64,000 bases of DNA from Candidatus Levybacteria bacterium RIFCSPHIGHO2_01_FULL_36_15b (GTDB lineage: Bacteria; Patescibacteriota; Microgenomatia; Levybacterales; UBA12049): contig MFNK01000008.1 of assembly GCA_001782045.1 (NCBI GenBank), forward strand, positions 2,597 through 66,596, in the 5' to 3' direction. The stretch's first letter is position 1. Every line of letters begins with the position of its first letter. The notes under the pieces were generated by a model. That model was not told the origin of the DNA, made no database searches, and saw only the letters and a list, made by a program, of their open reading frames with translations. The position numbers and the translations under genes are program-made. Shown here piece after piece: positions 37,777 to 47,662 of this stretch.

Positions 37777-37827
37777 CTCTTTATTATAATTGAAAAGCAG
37801 TTCGTTTTACAGTATAATCTAACTCTT

Positions 37828-38085
37828 ATGACAAAAGGAAACAAGTGTGATAACTGCGGCAAAGGGATAATGTACGGCCATAATGTTTCGCATGCAAAAA
37901 ACAGAACCAGAAGAATCTTTAAGCCAAATTTACATAAGGCAAAAATTGCAGTCGGCTCAGTTTATAAAACAATGAAGCTTTGCACAAAATGCTTAAGACT
38001 TCTAAAAGGAAAGACCCAAAAGAAAGAAGTCAAAGTTGAACCTCAAGAAGCATCAGAACAACCTCAAGTAATCGCAGCAGTCTAA
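37828..38085 (+). CDS. rpmB: 50S ribosomal protein L28
   Basis: CDNCGK..GHNVSHAKNRTRRIFKPNL..CTKCLR. Confidence 0.95.
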   Translation: MTKGNKCDNCGKGIMYGHNVSHAKNRTRRIFKPNLHKAKIAVGSVYKTMKLCTKCLRLLKGKTQKKEVKVEPQEASEQPQVIAAV

Positions 38086-38474
38086 GAAAGCGCTTTTTCC
38101 TCGAGTCTTGCCCTAATTAAAGTTAAAGGGAGCAAAATAAGGCAATAAAATGCGAGTCCAACATAAGAGCTTTGTGCGACAGAAATTCCGATTACAGTTG
38201 CCGAAATTCCAATATACATCGGGTGATTAAAATACCTGTAAAGACCTCGTGTTATCCTTTTTTGTTTTTTAGGCAAAATTCCAAAAGAAGTCCCTAAATT
38301 TATAATACTAGTAATCCAAAATGTTACTCCAAAAACTGCAACTATAATCCCAAGATAGGAAAGGGGAGAGCCATTAAATTTTCCGCCAAAATAAGCTAAA
38401 TATAAGCTAAGAAAATAAATAGTAGGAATTATTACTAAACTTGCAAATTGAAAAGAGAGTTTAAGCGTCTGCAT
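38082..38474 (-). CDS. ICMT/PEMT-family membrane methyltransferase
   Basis: ITRGLYRYFNHPMY, RARLEEKAL. Confidence 0.8.
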   Translation of the reverse strand: MQTLKLSFQFASLVIIPTIYFLSLYLAYFGGKFNGSPLSYLGIIVAVFGVTFWITSIINLGTSFGILPKKQKRITRGLYRYFNHPMYIGISATVIGISVAQSSYVGLAFYCLILLPLTLIRARLEEKALS

Positions 38475-39306
38475 TTTTCAAAAACTCAAGAAGTTTAAAA
38501 TCCGCCTGCGGATAACCGTTTAAAAAATCTTTATAAGTCATTTCTTGTTTGCTTTCTACTTGAGCTGCCTTGAATGGCAAGAATTTGATAATTTTTTCTT
38601 CAGTCTTACTAATTTTTGTCCTTGTCCAAACTCCAGGCCAAGGAAAATAAGCTCTTGTCATTCTATCCAAGATTTTGAAATCGGGCATTTCCGCAACATT
38701 TACGTAACCGCTCTGCCGCGTTAATGTTTTAGTAAAAGTTGCTAAATCGTGATTTTGTTCCTTAAGAATTATCTTTCCTTTTGTGTAGGGCTCAATAGCC
38801 TCTTGAAGCAATCTTGCACCTTCTCTAAAGAGTATTTCATATAAACTTTGAGCTGTATCGTCGGGACTAATTTGTCTTTCTTCCTGTACCAATATTGGTC
38901 CGTGATCCATTTTTTCATCAAGCTTTATTATTGATACACCTGTTTTTGTATCTGCGTTTAGAATTGCAGATTGTACCGGAGTAGGACCCCGATATTTTGG
39001 CAAGAGAGAAGGATGTATGTTTAAAACTCCGCGTTTAAAGTGTTTTAAAGTTTTATCGGTTATTATTATTCCAAAGTCTGCAACAATTCCTAAATCCGGT
39101 TTTAGTATTTTAATTTCTTTTAGATTTTCCAGCTCAAGTTTATCTTTAACTCGAATTACTTCAATTCCTTTAGACTGACAAAAGGGAATAATAGATGCTT
39201 TTTCTTCTGACTCTGTAGTAATAACCAAATCAAGCTCAAAATTGTTTTTTAAACCTTCAATTATTGGAAAAACATTATGAGAAGAGCCCAAAAACACAAT
39301 TTTCAT
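38461..39306 (-). CDS. fmt: Methionyl-tRNA formyltransferase
   Basis: LNIHPSLLPKYRGPTP, MDHGPI. Confidence 0.95.
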   Translation of the reverse strand: MKIVFLGSSHNVFPIIEGLKNNFELDLVITTESEEKASIIPFCQSKGIEVIRVKDKLELENLKEIKILKPDLGIVADFGIIITDKTLKHFKRGVLNIHPSLLPKYRGPTPVQSAILNADTKTGVSIIKLDEKMDHGPILVQEERQISPDDTAQSLYEILFREGARLLQEAIEPYTKGKIILKEQNHDLATFTKTLTRQSGYVNVAEMPDFKILDRMTRAYFPWPGVWTRTKISKTEEKIIKFLPFKAAQVESKQEMTYKDFLNGYPQADFKLLEFLKNADA

Positions 39307-39307
39307 C

Positions 39308-39847
39308 TTATATAGTTAATTCTTCAAAATAATCATGGCCTTTTGCGTCCTTTTTAGATTCGTAAAGTTTCCCTTTTTGTTCCAAAACTCTTTTGGGAAA
39401 CAAAATTCCTTCCAAGTGGTCTACTTCGTGCTGAATAATTGTAGACAAAAATCCCGTAAAGCTTTTCGTAAACCTTTGGCCCTTATCGTTTTGATATTCC
39501 AGTGTAATCTTTGGATATCTTTCTACTTCTCCCCAAATACCCTGAAGAGATAAACAGCCCTCAAGCTTTCTAATTCTTTTTTTCTTTCTTTTTTCAAGCT
39601 GTTCGAATGAAGTTATTTTGGGATTTATAAAAACTTCAAGCTTATGTTTAATACCAGGTTTTGTTACAAAAATTCTTTTACTTTCTCCAATCTGGGGGGC
39701 AGCGAGTCCAACACCAACGGGGTCACGCGCAGATTCAAGGGCTTTTGACATGTTTTGTATTAGAGTCTCAAGTTTATTATCGAAATTTGTTACCGGTTCC
39801 GCTATTTTGGACAGAATGGGGTGTGGGGCATTTAAAATTTCTGACAT
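39308..39847 (-). CDS. def: Peptide deformylase
   Basis: GVGLAAPQIG, EGCLS, QHEVDHLEG. Confidence 0.97.
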   Translation of the reverse strand: MSEILNAPHPILSKIAEPVTNFDNKLETLIQNMSKALESARDPVGVGLAAPQIGESKRIFVTKPGIKHKLEVFINPKITSFEQLEKRKKKRIRKLEGCLSLQGIWGEVERYPKITLEYQNDKGQRFTKSFTGFLSTIIQHEVDHLEGILFPKRVLEQKGKLYESKKDAKGHDYFEELTI

Positions 39848-39848
39848 T

Positions 39849-42320
39849 TTATTTTTTCCAGGTACTTAGAGCATCAGATGCCGGCTGGTATGGACCGAAA
39901 GTTTTAAGAATATATTCCATTTGAAAAATAGCTTTGTCCTCGTACTGCGCATTTATAACTTGTCCTTTATCGTTTATTGCAAGCTGATGATAAAAAAGTC
40001 CAAGTGCATAGTAAGCATTTAAATAATCCGGCTTAAACTTTATAGTTTCTTCAAGAATTTGAACGGCTTTTTTAACGTCGCCTGACTGACCCGTTAAAAC
40101 GCCCAAATTATATGAAACATCAGCGTCATTCGGAGCAAGTTCCTTTGCGCGTTTTATTGCATCAAGTGCTTGTGGTAGGTAATTTGCATCAACTTGGCCA
40201 AGAGAGTAGAAAACTCTTACTCTGGTTTTTGCAAAAACGATATTATTAGGATGTTCCTCTTTAAGTTTATTGCTGTTTGCAATTGAACTATCAATAAGTT
40301 GTTTCGCTATATTTAAATCAGCCTGATTAGGACTTTGTTGATTTTGATAAATTATTGCGGATGCAACAACGGCATTATTTAAAGATAATTCATCTCTAAA
40401 AACAGGCTCACTCGGCCTAAACTCAACGGATTTTTGTAAAAATGGATATGCGTTTTGATAATCGCCGGCTCTGTCGAAATTATAACCCAAGTAATAATAT
40501 CTGTCGGCCTGCCAAAATCTTGCAAGTACAAAAATAAGATATGCACCTATAACGATTACTCCAATAACTAAAATTTTTTGTACATTACTTAATAATACTG
40601 CCTCGCTTTTGTTCTTGGAAAAATTAAACGAATAAGAATTATTTTCCCTTAACATACCCGCCATAATTAAGAAAAAAGCAGGAAGTGTATAAAAGAAAAT
40701 ATTTATCATTACAACAGAAAATCCAAAGAAATTAGAAATTAAAATTCCTATATATGCAATAACTAGAGAGGCAAGTAGCAGTGCTTCTTTGCCTAACCTT
40801 TTTGTATTCTTAAATAAGAATTTTGCAGACATAAACAAGAATGCTCCAATCATTAATAAATAAGTAGCAATTCCCACTGTTCCAGTAGTTGCAAGATAGT
40901 TTAGATATTCGTTGTGGGCTTTGTTATATAGGAAATTCCACTCAGACGTTAAATTATGCTCAACCGGCCTATACTTATAGTAGGAAAAAGCATAAGTTTC
41001 TAAGCCTGAGCCAAAGACAGGATAGTTTTTCCAAATATCAATTGCTCCTTTCCACACCAAAAGCCTTATTGTTCCCGATTCAGTACCTCCTAAGTCTGCA
41101 ACAGGCGCGCTTTGAGCTGGCGGGAGAGCTTTAGCTTTTGGCTTTGTCAGATTTTGATATCTGTCGTTAATTCCCTTAAAGGTAAAAATATCTAAAAATG
41201 AAAAAGGCTGGCCGTTAAAAAATATAATTGCATAAAATAAAATAAGTATTGATGCCAGTACTTTAAAATCAAAGCTAGGTTTTTTAATATTAAATTTAGG
41301 CCGGATAAAAAAGTAAAAGTAATAGGAAAGAAATATTAAAAATGTTACCCATGCCGCGACTACCGAGCCTCTTGAAATTGTCCAAAGAATAGAAAAGTAG
41401 CAGAGTCCAATGAATACAAATAACGAAGTAGCAAAAACAAGCAGGTAATTACTTAGCAATTTTTTTCCTTTTTCAAAAAGCTGTGGTAAAGAAACAAGCT
41501 TTACAAAGATTGCCAAAAGTATTGGTACGATTATTGCCAAATATGCTCCGTACCAAGCAGGCTGGCCCAGTGTAGAGAAAAGTCTGATTTTAGGCTGGAA
41601 ATCCGCAGTCCAGCAGGATACATCAAATGTGCCTCTAAAAAGCAGGCAGGTTGGATCATATCCAAAATGAGACGGAAGCCCCCATAAAACTATTAAAACG
41701 CAGCTGCTTAGAGCAAAATACAAAACTCTTTTTACAGAACCCGCGGGAGCAAGTTGTGCAAAAATTGCAAAAGATGCAAGAACAGTTGTTAAAGAAGTAA
41801 GCGATTGAAGTGGAAATGCATTTGCAGTAGTATTTTTAAAAAAGGACGCAATTACATTTCCTGTAAAAAATACCGCTATACCAGCAACAAAAAAAGCAAC
41901 TGCTCTTACATTAATTAAACTTTCCTTTCCTCCTTTATTTCCAAAGTCTTTATAGTTGGAAACAAAGCCGTAGTAGAGAAAAACATAAGAAAGTATGGAA
42001 AAAAGTCCACCATTAAATCTTGAATAATATCCCCACAGGGAAATATGCATATCTAGCGAAAATACAGTGGATAAAACTTGTGAGCCTACAAAAAGCGCAA
42101 TCGGAATATCCAAAGGAGTTTTTTGAACTTGGAACTGTCTTTTAATCACCATTTTAGCAATCCATGAAGTTCCAATTACAATTGTTAAAACAAAAGTCAC
42201 CCAAAGTTTATTAAATTCAAACAGTTCCGATGTGTCGCCAGCGAGTGTTAGAGGAACGAGAAAAAATAGAAGATAAAAAGAGTACTCAATTGTTTTGTTT
42301 AGATAATTTAATAACTTCAT
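39849..42320 (-). CDS. O-antigen ligase-family membrane protein with TPR repeats
   Basis: Many TMs, STLGQP, SRG, FGSGLETY, AHNEYL, C-terminal TPRs. Confidence 0.85.
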   Translation of the reverse strand: MKLLNYLNKTIEYSFYLLFFLVPLTLAGDTSELFEFNKLWVTFVLTIVIGTSWIAKMVIKRQFQVQKTPLDIPIALFVGSQVLSTVFSLDMHISLWGYYSRFNGGLFSILSYVFLYYGFVSNYKDFGNKGGKESLINVRAVAFFVAGIAVFFTGNVIASFFKNTTANAFPLQSLTSLTTVLASFAIFAQLAPAGSVKRVLYFALSSCVLIVLWGLPSHFGYDPTCLLFRGTFDVSCWTADFQPKIRLFSTLGQPAWYGAYLAIIVPILLAIFVKLVSLPQLFEKGKKLLSNYLLVFATSLFVFIGLCYFSILWTISRGSVVAAWVTFLIFLSYYFYFFIRPKFNIKKPSFDFKVLASILILFYAIIFFNGQPFSFLDIFTFKGINDRYQNLTKPKAKALPPAQSAPVADLGGTESGTIRLLVWKGAIDIWKNYPVFGSGLETYAFSYYKYRPVEHNLTSEWNFLYNKAHNEYLNYLATTGTVGIATYLLMIGAFLFMSAKFLFKNTKRLGKEALLLASLVIAYIGILISNFFGFSVVMINIFFYTLPAFFLIMAGMLRENNSYSFNFSKNKSEAVLLSNVQKILVIGVIVIGAYLIFVLARFWQADRYYYLGYNFDRAGDYQNAYPFLQKSVEFRPSEPVFRDELSLNNAVVASAIIYQNQQSPNQADLNIAKQLIDSSIANSNKLKEEHPNNIVFAKTRVRVFYSLGQVDANYLPQALDAIKRAKELAPNDADVSYNLGVLTGQSGDVKKAVQILEETIKFKPDYLNAYYALGLFYHQLAINDKGQVINAQYEDKAIFQMEYILKTFGPYQPASDALSTWKK

Positions 42321-42378
42321 CCCGTTAGATTACTGCATTTACCCGTAAATTTTGTCTTGATCCAAAATCTAACGGGAT
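42319..42378. repeat. Small palindromic element ATCCCGTTAGATT...AATCTAACGGGAT
   Basis: 13-bp terminal inverted repeat; degenerate relative at 49832-49900. Confidence 0.65.
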
Positions 42379-42460
42379 TCATCCTAACAGCAGTAAAATT
42401 TATACTAACATAAGAGCCTGCCATTTACAATTGATGATTTATAATCTACAATTTCAACTG

Positions 42461-43591
42461 ATGTTAGACAAGCTTTTCTCTCTTTTTTCTTATGATATCG
42501 GTATAGATTTAGGAACCGCAAATACCCTTGTTTGGGTTAAGGGAAAAGGAATAGTAATAAGAGAACCTTCTGTTGTTGCAATGCATAAGAAAACAAAAAA
42601 AACTATTGCAATCGGAACTGAAGCTAAGAAAATGCTTGGTAAAACACCGGCGAATATTATTACCGTAAAACCCCTAAAAGGCGGAGTAATAGCAGATTTT
42701 GACGCAACCCTTGCCATGATTACACATTATATTCAGAATATCCATGAAGTAGGAAAGATCGTTCCTACCATTTTTTCAAGACCACGTGTTGTAATAGGAA
42801 TTCCATCTGGAGTTACAGAGGTGGAGCGAAGAGCGGTTTGGGAAGCAGCCTTAAACGCAGGCGCAAGAGAGGCTTTTCTAATAGAAGAGTCTATGGCGTC
42901 TGCTATTGGAGAAAATGTTTCTGTTTTTGCTCCTACAGGGATAATGGTTGTTGATATCGGGGGAGGAACTACGGAAATCGCGGTTATTTCCTTAGGGGGA
43001 ATAGTTGTTGGAAAGTCATTAAAAATTGCAGGAGATAATATGGACAGCGCAATTGCACATTATATAAGGTTAAAACACGGTCTTTTAATAGGAGAAAAAA
43101 CCGCAGAGGATTTAAAAATCACAATTGGAAGCGCATATGCAAAAGGTCCAAGGCCTAAAACTCACACCGTTGAAAGTCCGGTGGGGTTAAGCGGACAAAA
43201 TTTAATAGGTGTAGAAAAAAATGAAAGTGGCGAAAAGGTAGCAATTGTAAGGGGACGAGATATAGAAACAGGGTTGCCCAAAAGCTTAAAAGTTACAGAA
43301 GTTGAAGTAAGAGAAGCCTTAGCTCCGGTTTTAACGCAAATAATAAATGCGGTTGCAGAAATTTTGGAAGAATCTCCTCCGGAACTCACAAGCGATGTAT
43401 TGGAACATGGGGTATTATTAACAGGTGGGGGATCAAAACTTCCGGGCTTTGATAAATTAATAGTAGAGCGAATTCATATTCCGGTTATCCCAAGCGAAGA
43501 TCCGTTAACTAGCGTAGTAAGAGGAACTGGTAAGGTTTTAGAAGACGATGCTCTTCTTCAACGCGTCAAAGTAATCGGTGGCCTTCAGTAA
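42461..43591 (+). CDS. mreB: Rod shape-determining protein MreB (second paralog)
   Basis: GIDLGTANT, VDIGGGTTE, LTGGGS; upstream of mreC. Confidence 0.95.
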   Translation: MLDKLFSLFSYDIGIDLGTANTLVWVKGKGIVIREPSVVAMHKKTKKTIAIGTEAKKMLGKTPANIITVKPLKGGVIADFDATLAMITHYIQNIHEVGKIVPTIFSRPRVVIGIPSGVTEVERRAVWEAALNAGAREAFLIEESMASAIGENVSVFAPTGIMVVDIGGGTTEIAVISLGGIVVGKSLKIAGDNMDSAIAHYIRLKHGLLIGEKTAEDLKITIGSAYAKGPRPKTHTVESPVGLSGQNLIGVEKNESGEKVAIVRGRDIETGLPKSLKVTEVEVREALAPVLTQIINAVAEILEESPPELTSDVLEHGVLLTGGGSKLPGFDKLIVERIHIPVIPSEDPLTSVVRGTGKVLEDDALLQRVKVIGGLQ

Positions 43592-43651
43592 ATTATCGAG
43601 GCTTAAACCTATAGTTTGACAAATTAATTCTAAAGTAATATAATTCCGCTC

Positions 43652-44155
43652 ATGAATGCAGAAGTAAGCCCACGAGGGATTAACCCCGAGTATCAAACAT
43701 TGCCCGATGATGCATCAGCTGTTGTGATGCAAAGTTCAAGAGATTTAAAAATGTATTATGTAGTTTTGGGAAATGTTGTAGAATATTCAGATACCCAATC
43801 TTTAGATAATGCATTAAAAGAAAATGAAGATCTTGATTGGCTTCCCGTTCCTCTATTTGACCCAACACATTGGATTACTCTTCAGCCATTAACTCAACGA
43901 AGAGGTATAATGGTAAGTTTTTCTTCTAATGAGAAAGGCAATGCAAAACTTCAACTTTTAGCTAGCGTTGTTGATCGCAGGGATCCAATCAGAGAAGCAG
44001 AAATAGATCTCTCTACTCTTAGAGAAAAAGGATTAGACTTTGATATACAAAAAGGGGAACACGATTACGATGGAACAATTCTTGGTCGTGATGCAGCACA
44101 ATTATTATACGATTTTCAATTAGAACAGGGTCAGTTTGATGAAGGCCTAAATTAA
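43652..44155 (+). CDS. Hypothetical protein
   Basis: 167 aa with own TTGACA/TATAAT promoter, between mreB and mreC. Confidence 0.65.
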   Translation: MNAEVSPRGINPEYQTLPDDASAVVMQSSRDLKMYYVVLGNVVEYSDTQSLDNALKENEDLDWLPVPLFDPTHWITLQPLTQRRGIMVSFSSNEKGNAKLQLLASVVDRRDPIREAEIDLSTLREKGLDFDIQKGEHDYDGTILGRDAAQLLYDFQLEQGQFDEGLN

Positions 44156-44224
44156 TAGATTCCAAATTCCTCTATTTAGCACAGCAAGCTTGTAACAAAT
44201 ACGCAAAAGCACTAAAATGGTTGC

Positions 44225-44992
44225 ATGCCGCGGCGCAATCTGAATCTAATTTTTATAGTTCTAATCTTTTTAACCCTTGTTTTATTCATATTTTCTAAAC
44301 TCCAAGTTCTTAATTTTGCAGGCAACTTTGTGCAAAATATTTTTGCGCCGTTTGAATCTGCAGCAAGAAACATTTTTATTGGAAACTCATCTGATTTACA
44401 AAAAGAAAACATAGAACTTGCCAAAAAATTGGTAGACCAGCAAAAACTTATACAAGACAACAAAGCATTAAGAGACCAATTTCAAACTTCAGGTATTAAC
44501 ACTCAAAATTTAACTGCCGCAAGCATTATTGGTTCACCTAGCTTTATTCCCGGAGTTTCAAATCCGGAAAATCTTATTTTAGACAAAGGAGTAAAGAACG
44601 GCGTAAGAAAAGGACAGGCTGTAATTTATAAAGATAATTTAATTGGAATTATTAAAAAATCAAACGACAACTACTCAATTGTTGCTACCCTTGGTTTGCC
44701 TTCGTTTAGTTTAACTGCAAAAACTCAAAATGACGCATCCGGAATTATAAGGGGACAAGACGGAGGGCAGATAATTTTAGAAAATGTTTTACTTTCAGAG
44801 AGAATCTCAAAAAATGACTTAGTAGTAACATTAGGAAATATTAACGAAGGCGGATTTGGAGTACTTCCAAACCTGATTATTGGTAAAATTGTGTCTGTTA
44901 ATAAAAATGCCAGCAGTCTTTTCCAAACAGCAAAAATAGAACCCTTAATTGACATTTCAACTCTTTCAACTGTATTTATAGTTATAAATTAA
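44225..44992 (+). CDS. mreC: Rod shape-determining protein MreC
   Basis: TM, coiled coil, LDKGVKNGVRKGQAVI, FQTAKIEP. Confidence 0.9.
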   Translation: MPRRNLNLIFIVLIFLTLVLFIFSKLQVLNFAGNFVQNIFAPFESAARNIFIGNSSDLQKENIELAKKLVDQQKLIQDNKALRDQFQTSGINTQNLTAASIIGSPSFIPGVSNPENLILDKGVKNGVRKGQAVIYKDNLIGIIKKSNDNYSIVATLGLPSFSLTAKTQNDASGIIRGQDGGQIILENVLLSERISKNDLVVTLGNINEGGFGVLPNLIIGKIVSVNKNASSLFQTAKIEPLIDISTLSTVFIVIN

Positions 44993-45420
44993 TGATTTTT
45001 GTTATTTTACTTACACTTTTTGCAGTAGTTCTAGAATCGTCTGTAATATCACTTCCATTAGCTTTGTCTATTCTTGTCACTTTTTCCTTTATTTATAAAA
45101 AAGAATGGCTTCTTGCCCTGTCTTTAATTATTGGTGTTGTACTAGATGCTTTAGCCTTAAGAACAATAGGCGCCTCGTCACTTTTTTTCCTGGTAGCGAT
45201 ATTTGTAATCTTTCTTTATGAGAAAAAAATCGAGGCAAGTATTCAAGTAGTTTTTCTTTCAAATTTTGTGTTAGTTTTTTTGTACACGTTTTTAATAAAG
45301 GGGAATTTTTCTGTAGCAGCGTCTTTTTTAGCTTCGTCTTTCGGGATAATATTATTTATTATTTTTAATAAACTAAAAACAGTTTCTGTTAAAGAACACA
45401 AATTAAGATTTGAAATTTAG
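44992..45420 (+). CDS. mreD: MreD-like membrane protein
   Basis: Polytopic, GVVLD...G motif; between mreC and PBP2. Confidence 0.6.
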   Translation: MIFVILLTLFAVVLESSVISLPLALSILVTFSFIYKKEWLLALSLIIGVVLDALALRTIGASSLFFLVAIFVIFLYEKKIEASIQVVFLSNFVLVFLYTFLIKGNFSVAASFLASSFGIILFIIFNKLKTVSVKEHKLRFEI

Positions 45421-45422
45421 AA

Positions 45423-47183
45423 ATGGGAGATAACTACAGCGATAATTTAATTACAGGAAGCTCTTCGCAACAGGGATTTGGGAGAGTAAATGGAAACCCA
45501 CGAGTATATTTGCTTTTTGTTGTTTTCTTTTTAGTATTTGCAGTGCTAATTTTACGAGCCTTCTTCCTGCAGGTTATTAAAGGAGAATATTTTAGAGAGC
45601 TTTCAAACCAAAATAGAACAAAAACAGTTGCAATACATGCCGCGCGCGGTGTTATTTTTGACAGAAACGGAACCCCCTTGGTTTTTAACGAACCGGGATA
45701 CAGAATTATAAAAGATAATAAAACCGTACTTTTAAACCACGATCAAGCGCTGCCAATGCTTTCAAATAGTAACAATCAGCTGGAAGTAGATAGTTTACGG
45801 CGCTATCCATACGCAGACGAAATTTCTCATGTTTTAGGATATATCGGACAAATTTCACCCGAGGAACTTAAAAGTCCGCTTTTTAGCGAATATAAAGGAA
45901 ATGACTTAATTGGTAAAGAAGGAATAGAACGCTCCTACGAGCAGAGATTAAAGGGAATTGACGGAAGAAAATTACTGGAGGTTGATTCAAGCGGAAAAAC
46001 CCTAAGAAGCCTAGGCCAAGACGAGCCTATTGCCGGCGTTGACGTTACTCTAACGCTAGATTTAAACTTGCAGCAAAAAACATACGAAGCAATGAATAAT
46101 ATTAAAAAAGGCGCTGCAATTGTAAGTAAACCAAATGGGGAAATTCTTTCTTTGGTTTCCAAGCCGTCTTTTGACCCAAATCTTTTTACAATGGGAGAAA
46201 ATTATAAAGCCTCAACTATTAGTGCATACACAAATATTGAATCAGTACTTGCAGATTCTCAAAACCAGCCGCTTTTAGACAGAGCAATTTCAGGGGTTTA
46301 TCCTCCCGGCTCCACGTTTAAAATAGTAGTGGCCTCTGCCGCATTAAAAGACAAAGTAATAGATGAAAATTTCACAATTCTCGATACGGGAATTTTAAGA
46401 GTTGGCGCTTTTTCATTTTCTAACTGGTATTTTACAGGATATGGAAGAACTGATGGGACAGTTAATGTGGTAAAAGGAATACAGCGCTCCAACGACATAT
46501 TCTTTTACAAGCTAGCAGAAGCCTTAGGCGTAGAAAGCATTGCAAAAGGAGCAGCTTCATTTTTTGTAGGTAAACAGCTTGGAATTGACTTACTTGGAGA
46601 AGCAAGTGGTACTCTGCCAAGCGAAAGCTGGAAAAAAGAAAACATAGGAGAAGGGTGGTATTTGGGAGACACTTACCATTATGGAATAGGACAGGGATAC
46701 TTACTTACTACACCGCTTCAAGTAAATGCGTGGACTCAGGCAATAGGAAACGAGGGTAATTTGCATAGCCCCCATTTTTTAAAAGAAAAAGCAGATGAGA
46801 CAATTGCAAAAAATCTATTGGATAAAAAATCATTTGAGCTAATTAGACAGGGAATGATTGAATCTTGTGCAAAAGGAGGAGTTGCATGGCCGCTTTTTGA
46901 TTTTAAAGTAAAAAACTCAAAACTTAAAATTGACGGAAAAAACTTTTTAGAAGTAAAAGGGGCATCGGGTTCGGCGGAAACCAGACAAATTGTTGTGGCA
47001 TGTAAAACAGGGACAGCAGAACACGGAGATACCAAAGGGACTCCTCATGCGTGGATTACTTTGTTTGCGCCAGCGTACAATCCGCAAATTGTAGTTACTG
47101 TCTTGGCGGAAGAGTCTGGAGAGGGAAGTAATGTAGCAGCCCCAATAGCAAAGAAAATTTTAGAGGATTATTTTTCAAGATAA
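45423..47183 (+). CDS. mrdA: Penicillin-binding protein 2
   Basis: RGVIFDRNG, PGSTFK (SxxK), SND, KTGTAE. Confidence 0.93.
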   Translation: MGDNYSDNLITGSSSQQGFGRVNGNPRVYLLFVVFFLVFAVLILRAFFLQVIKGEYFRELSNQNRTKTVAIHAARGVIFDRNGTPLVFNEPGYRIIKDNKTVLLNHDQALPMLSNSNNQLEVDSLRRYPYADEISHVLGYIGQISPEELKSPLFSEYKGNDLIGKEGIERSYEQRLKGIDGRKLLEVDSSGKTLRSLGQDEPIAGVDVTLTLDLNLQQKTYEAMNNIKKGAAIVSKPNGEILSLVSKPSFDPNLFTMGENYKASTISAYTNIESVLADSQNQPLLDRAISGVYPPGSTFKIVVASAALKDKVIDENFTILDTGILRVGAFSFSNWYFTGYGRTDGTVNVVKGIQRSNDIFFYKLAEALGVESIAKGAASFFVGKQLGIDLLGEASGTLPSESWKKENIGEGWYLGDTYHYGIGQGYLLTTPLQVNAWTQAIGNEGNLHSPHFLKEKADETIAKNLLDKKSFELIRQGMIESCAKGGVAWPLFDFKVKNSKLKIDGKNFLEVKGASGSAETRQIVVACKTGTAEHGDTKGTPHAWITLFAPAYNPQIVVTVLAEESGEGSNVAAPIAKKILEDYFSR

Positions 47184-47200
47184 GACTTATACGAAGAGAA

Positions 47201-47608
47201 TTATTCAACAATGTTGATGCTCATCAATTTAATTAAAGCAGTGTTGACCTTATGAAGTCTTTGATACTCATCTGTTATTCTTTGATTTTTCCAAAGTTCA
47301 CCGCAATAAGATATCTCATTCATTCTATCCGCAATAGAGCCTGCTATTTTTATTAAATTTGATTTTTCCACCATTAAAGTTTCTTCTTTTGCTTCTTTGG
47401 TCATTCTAAATACTCCTACCTTTTCAACTTCTATAGTTCTTTTTAAAGTAACCGATATTTTTCCATTCTCATCCGGTTCTCCCAAACTTCCAGAAAAATC
47501 TGTAACAGTTTTATATTTGGGTGCGATAAAATCTATTACATCTTTCGGGGCGATGACTTTTGCAAGCTCTGGATTGTCATGTAGGCCTGATTCAAAGTTG
47601 GTTGCCAT
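47201..47608 (-). CDS. Hypothetical protein
   Basis: 135-aa ORF with minus-strand promoter-like elements. Confidence 0.6.
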   Translation of the reverse strand: MATNFESGLHDNPELAKVIAPKDVIDFIAPKYKTVTDFSGSLGEPDENGKISVTLKRTIEVEKVGVFRMTKEAKEETLMVEKSNLIKIAGSIADRMNEISYCGELWKNQRITDEYQRLHKVNTALIKLMSINIVE

Positions 47609-47662
47609 CTGCTAAAAATACCACAAGGTCTTTCTCTTGTCAATTTTTGTTAATATAAAAAC

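Noticed and set aside
16115-43591. Two mreB paralogs as a novelty
   Set aside because: Multiple mreB copies are common; both look ordinary.
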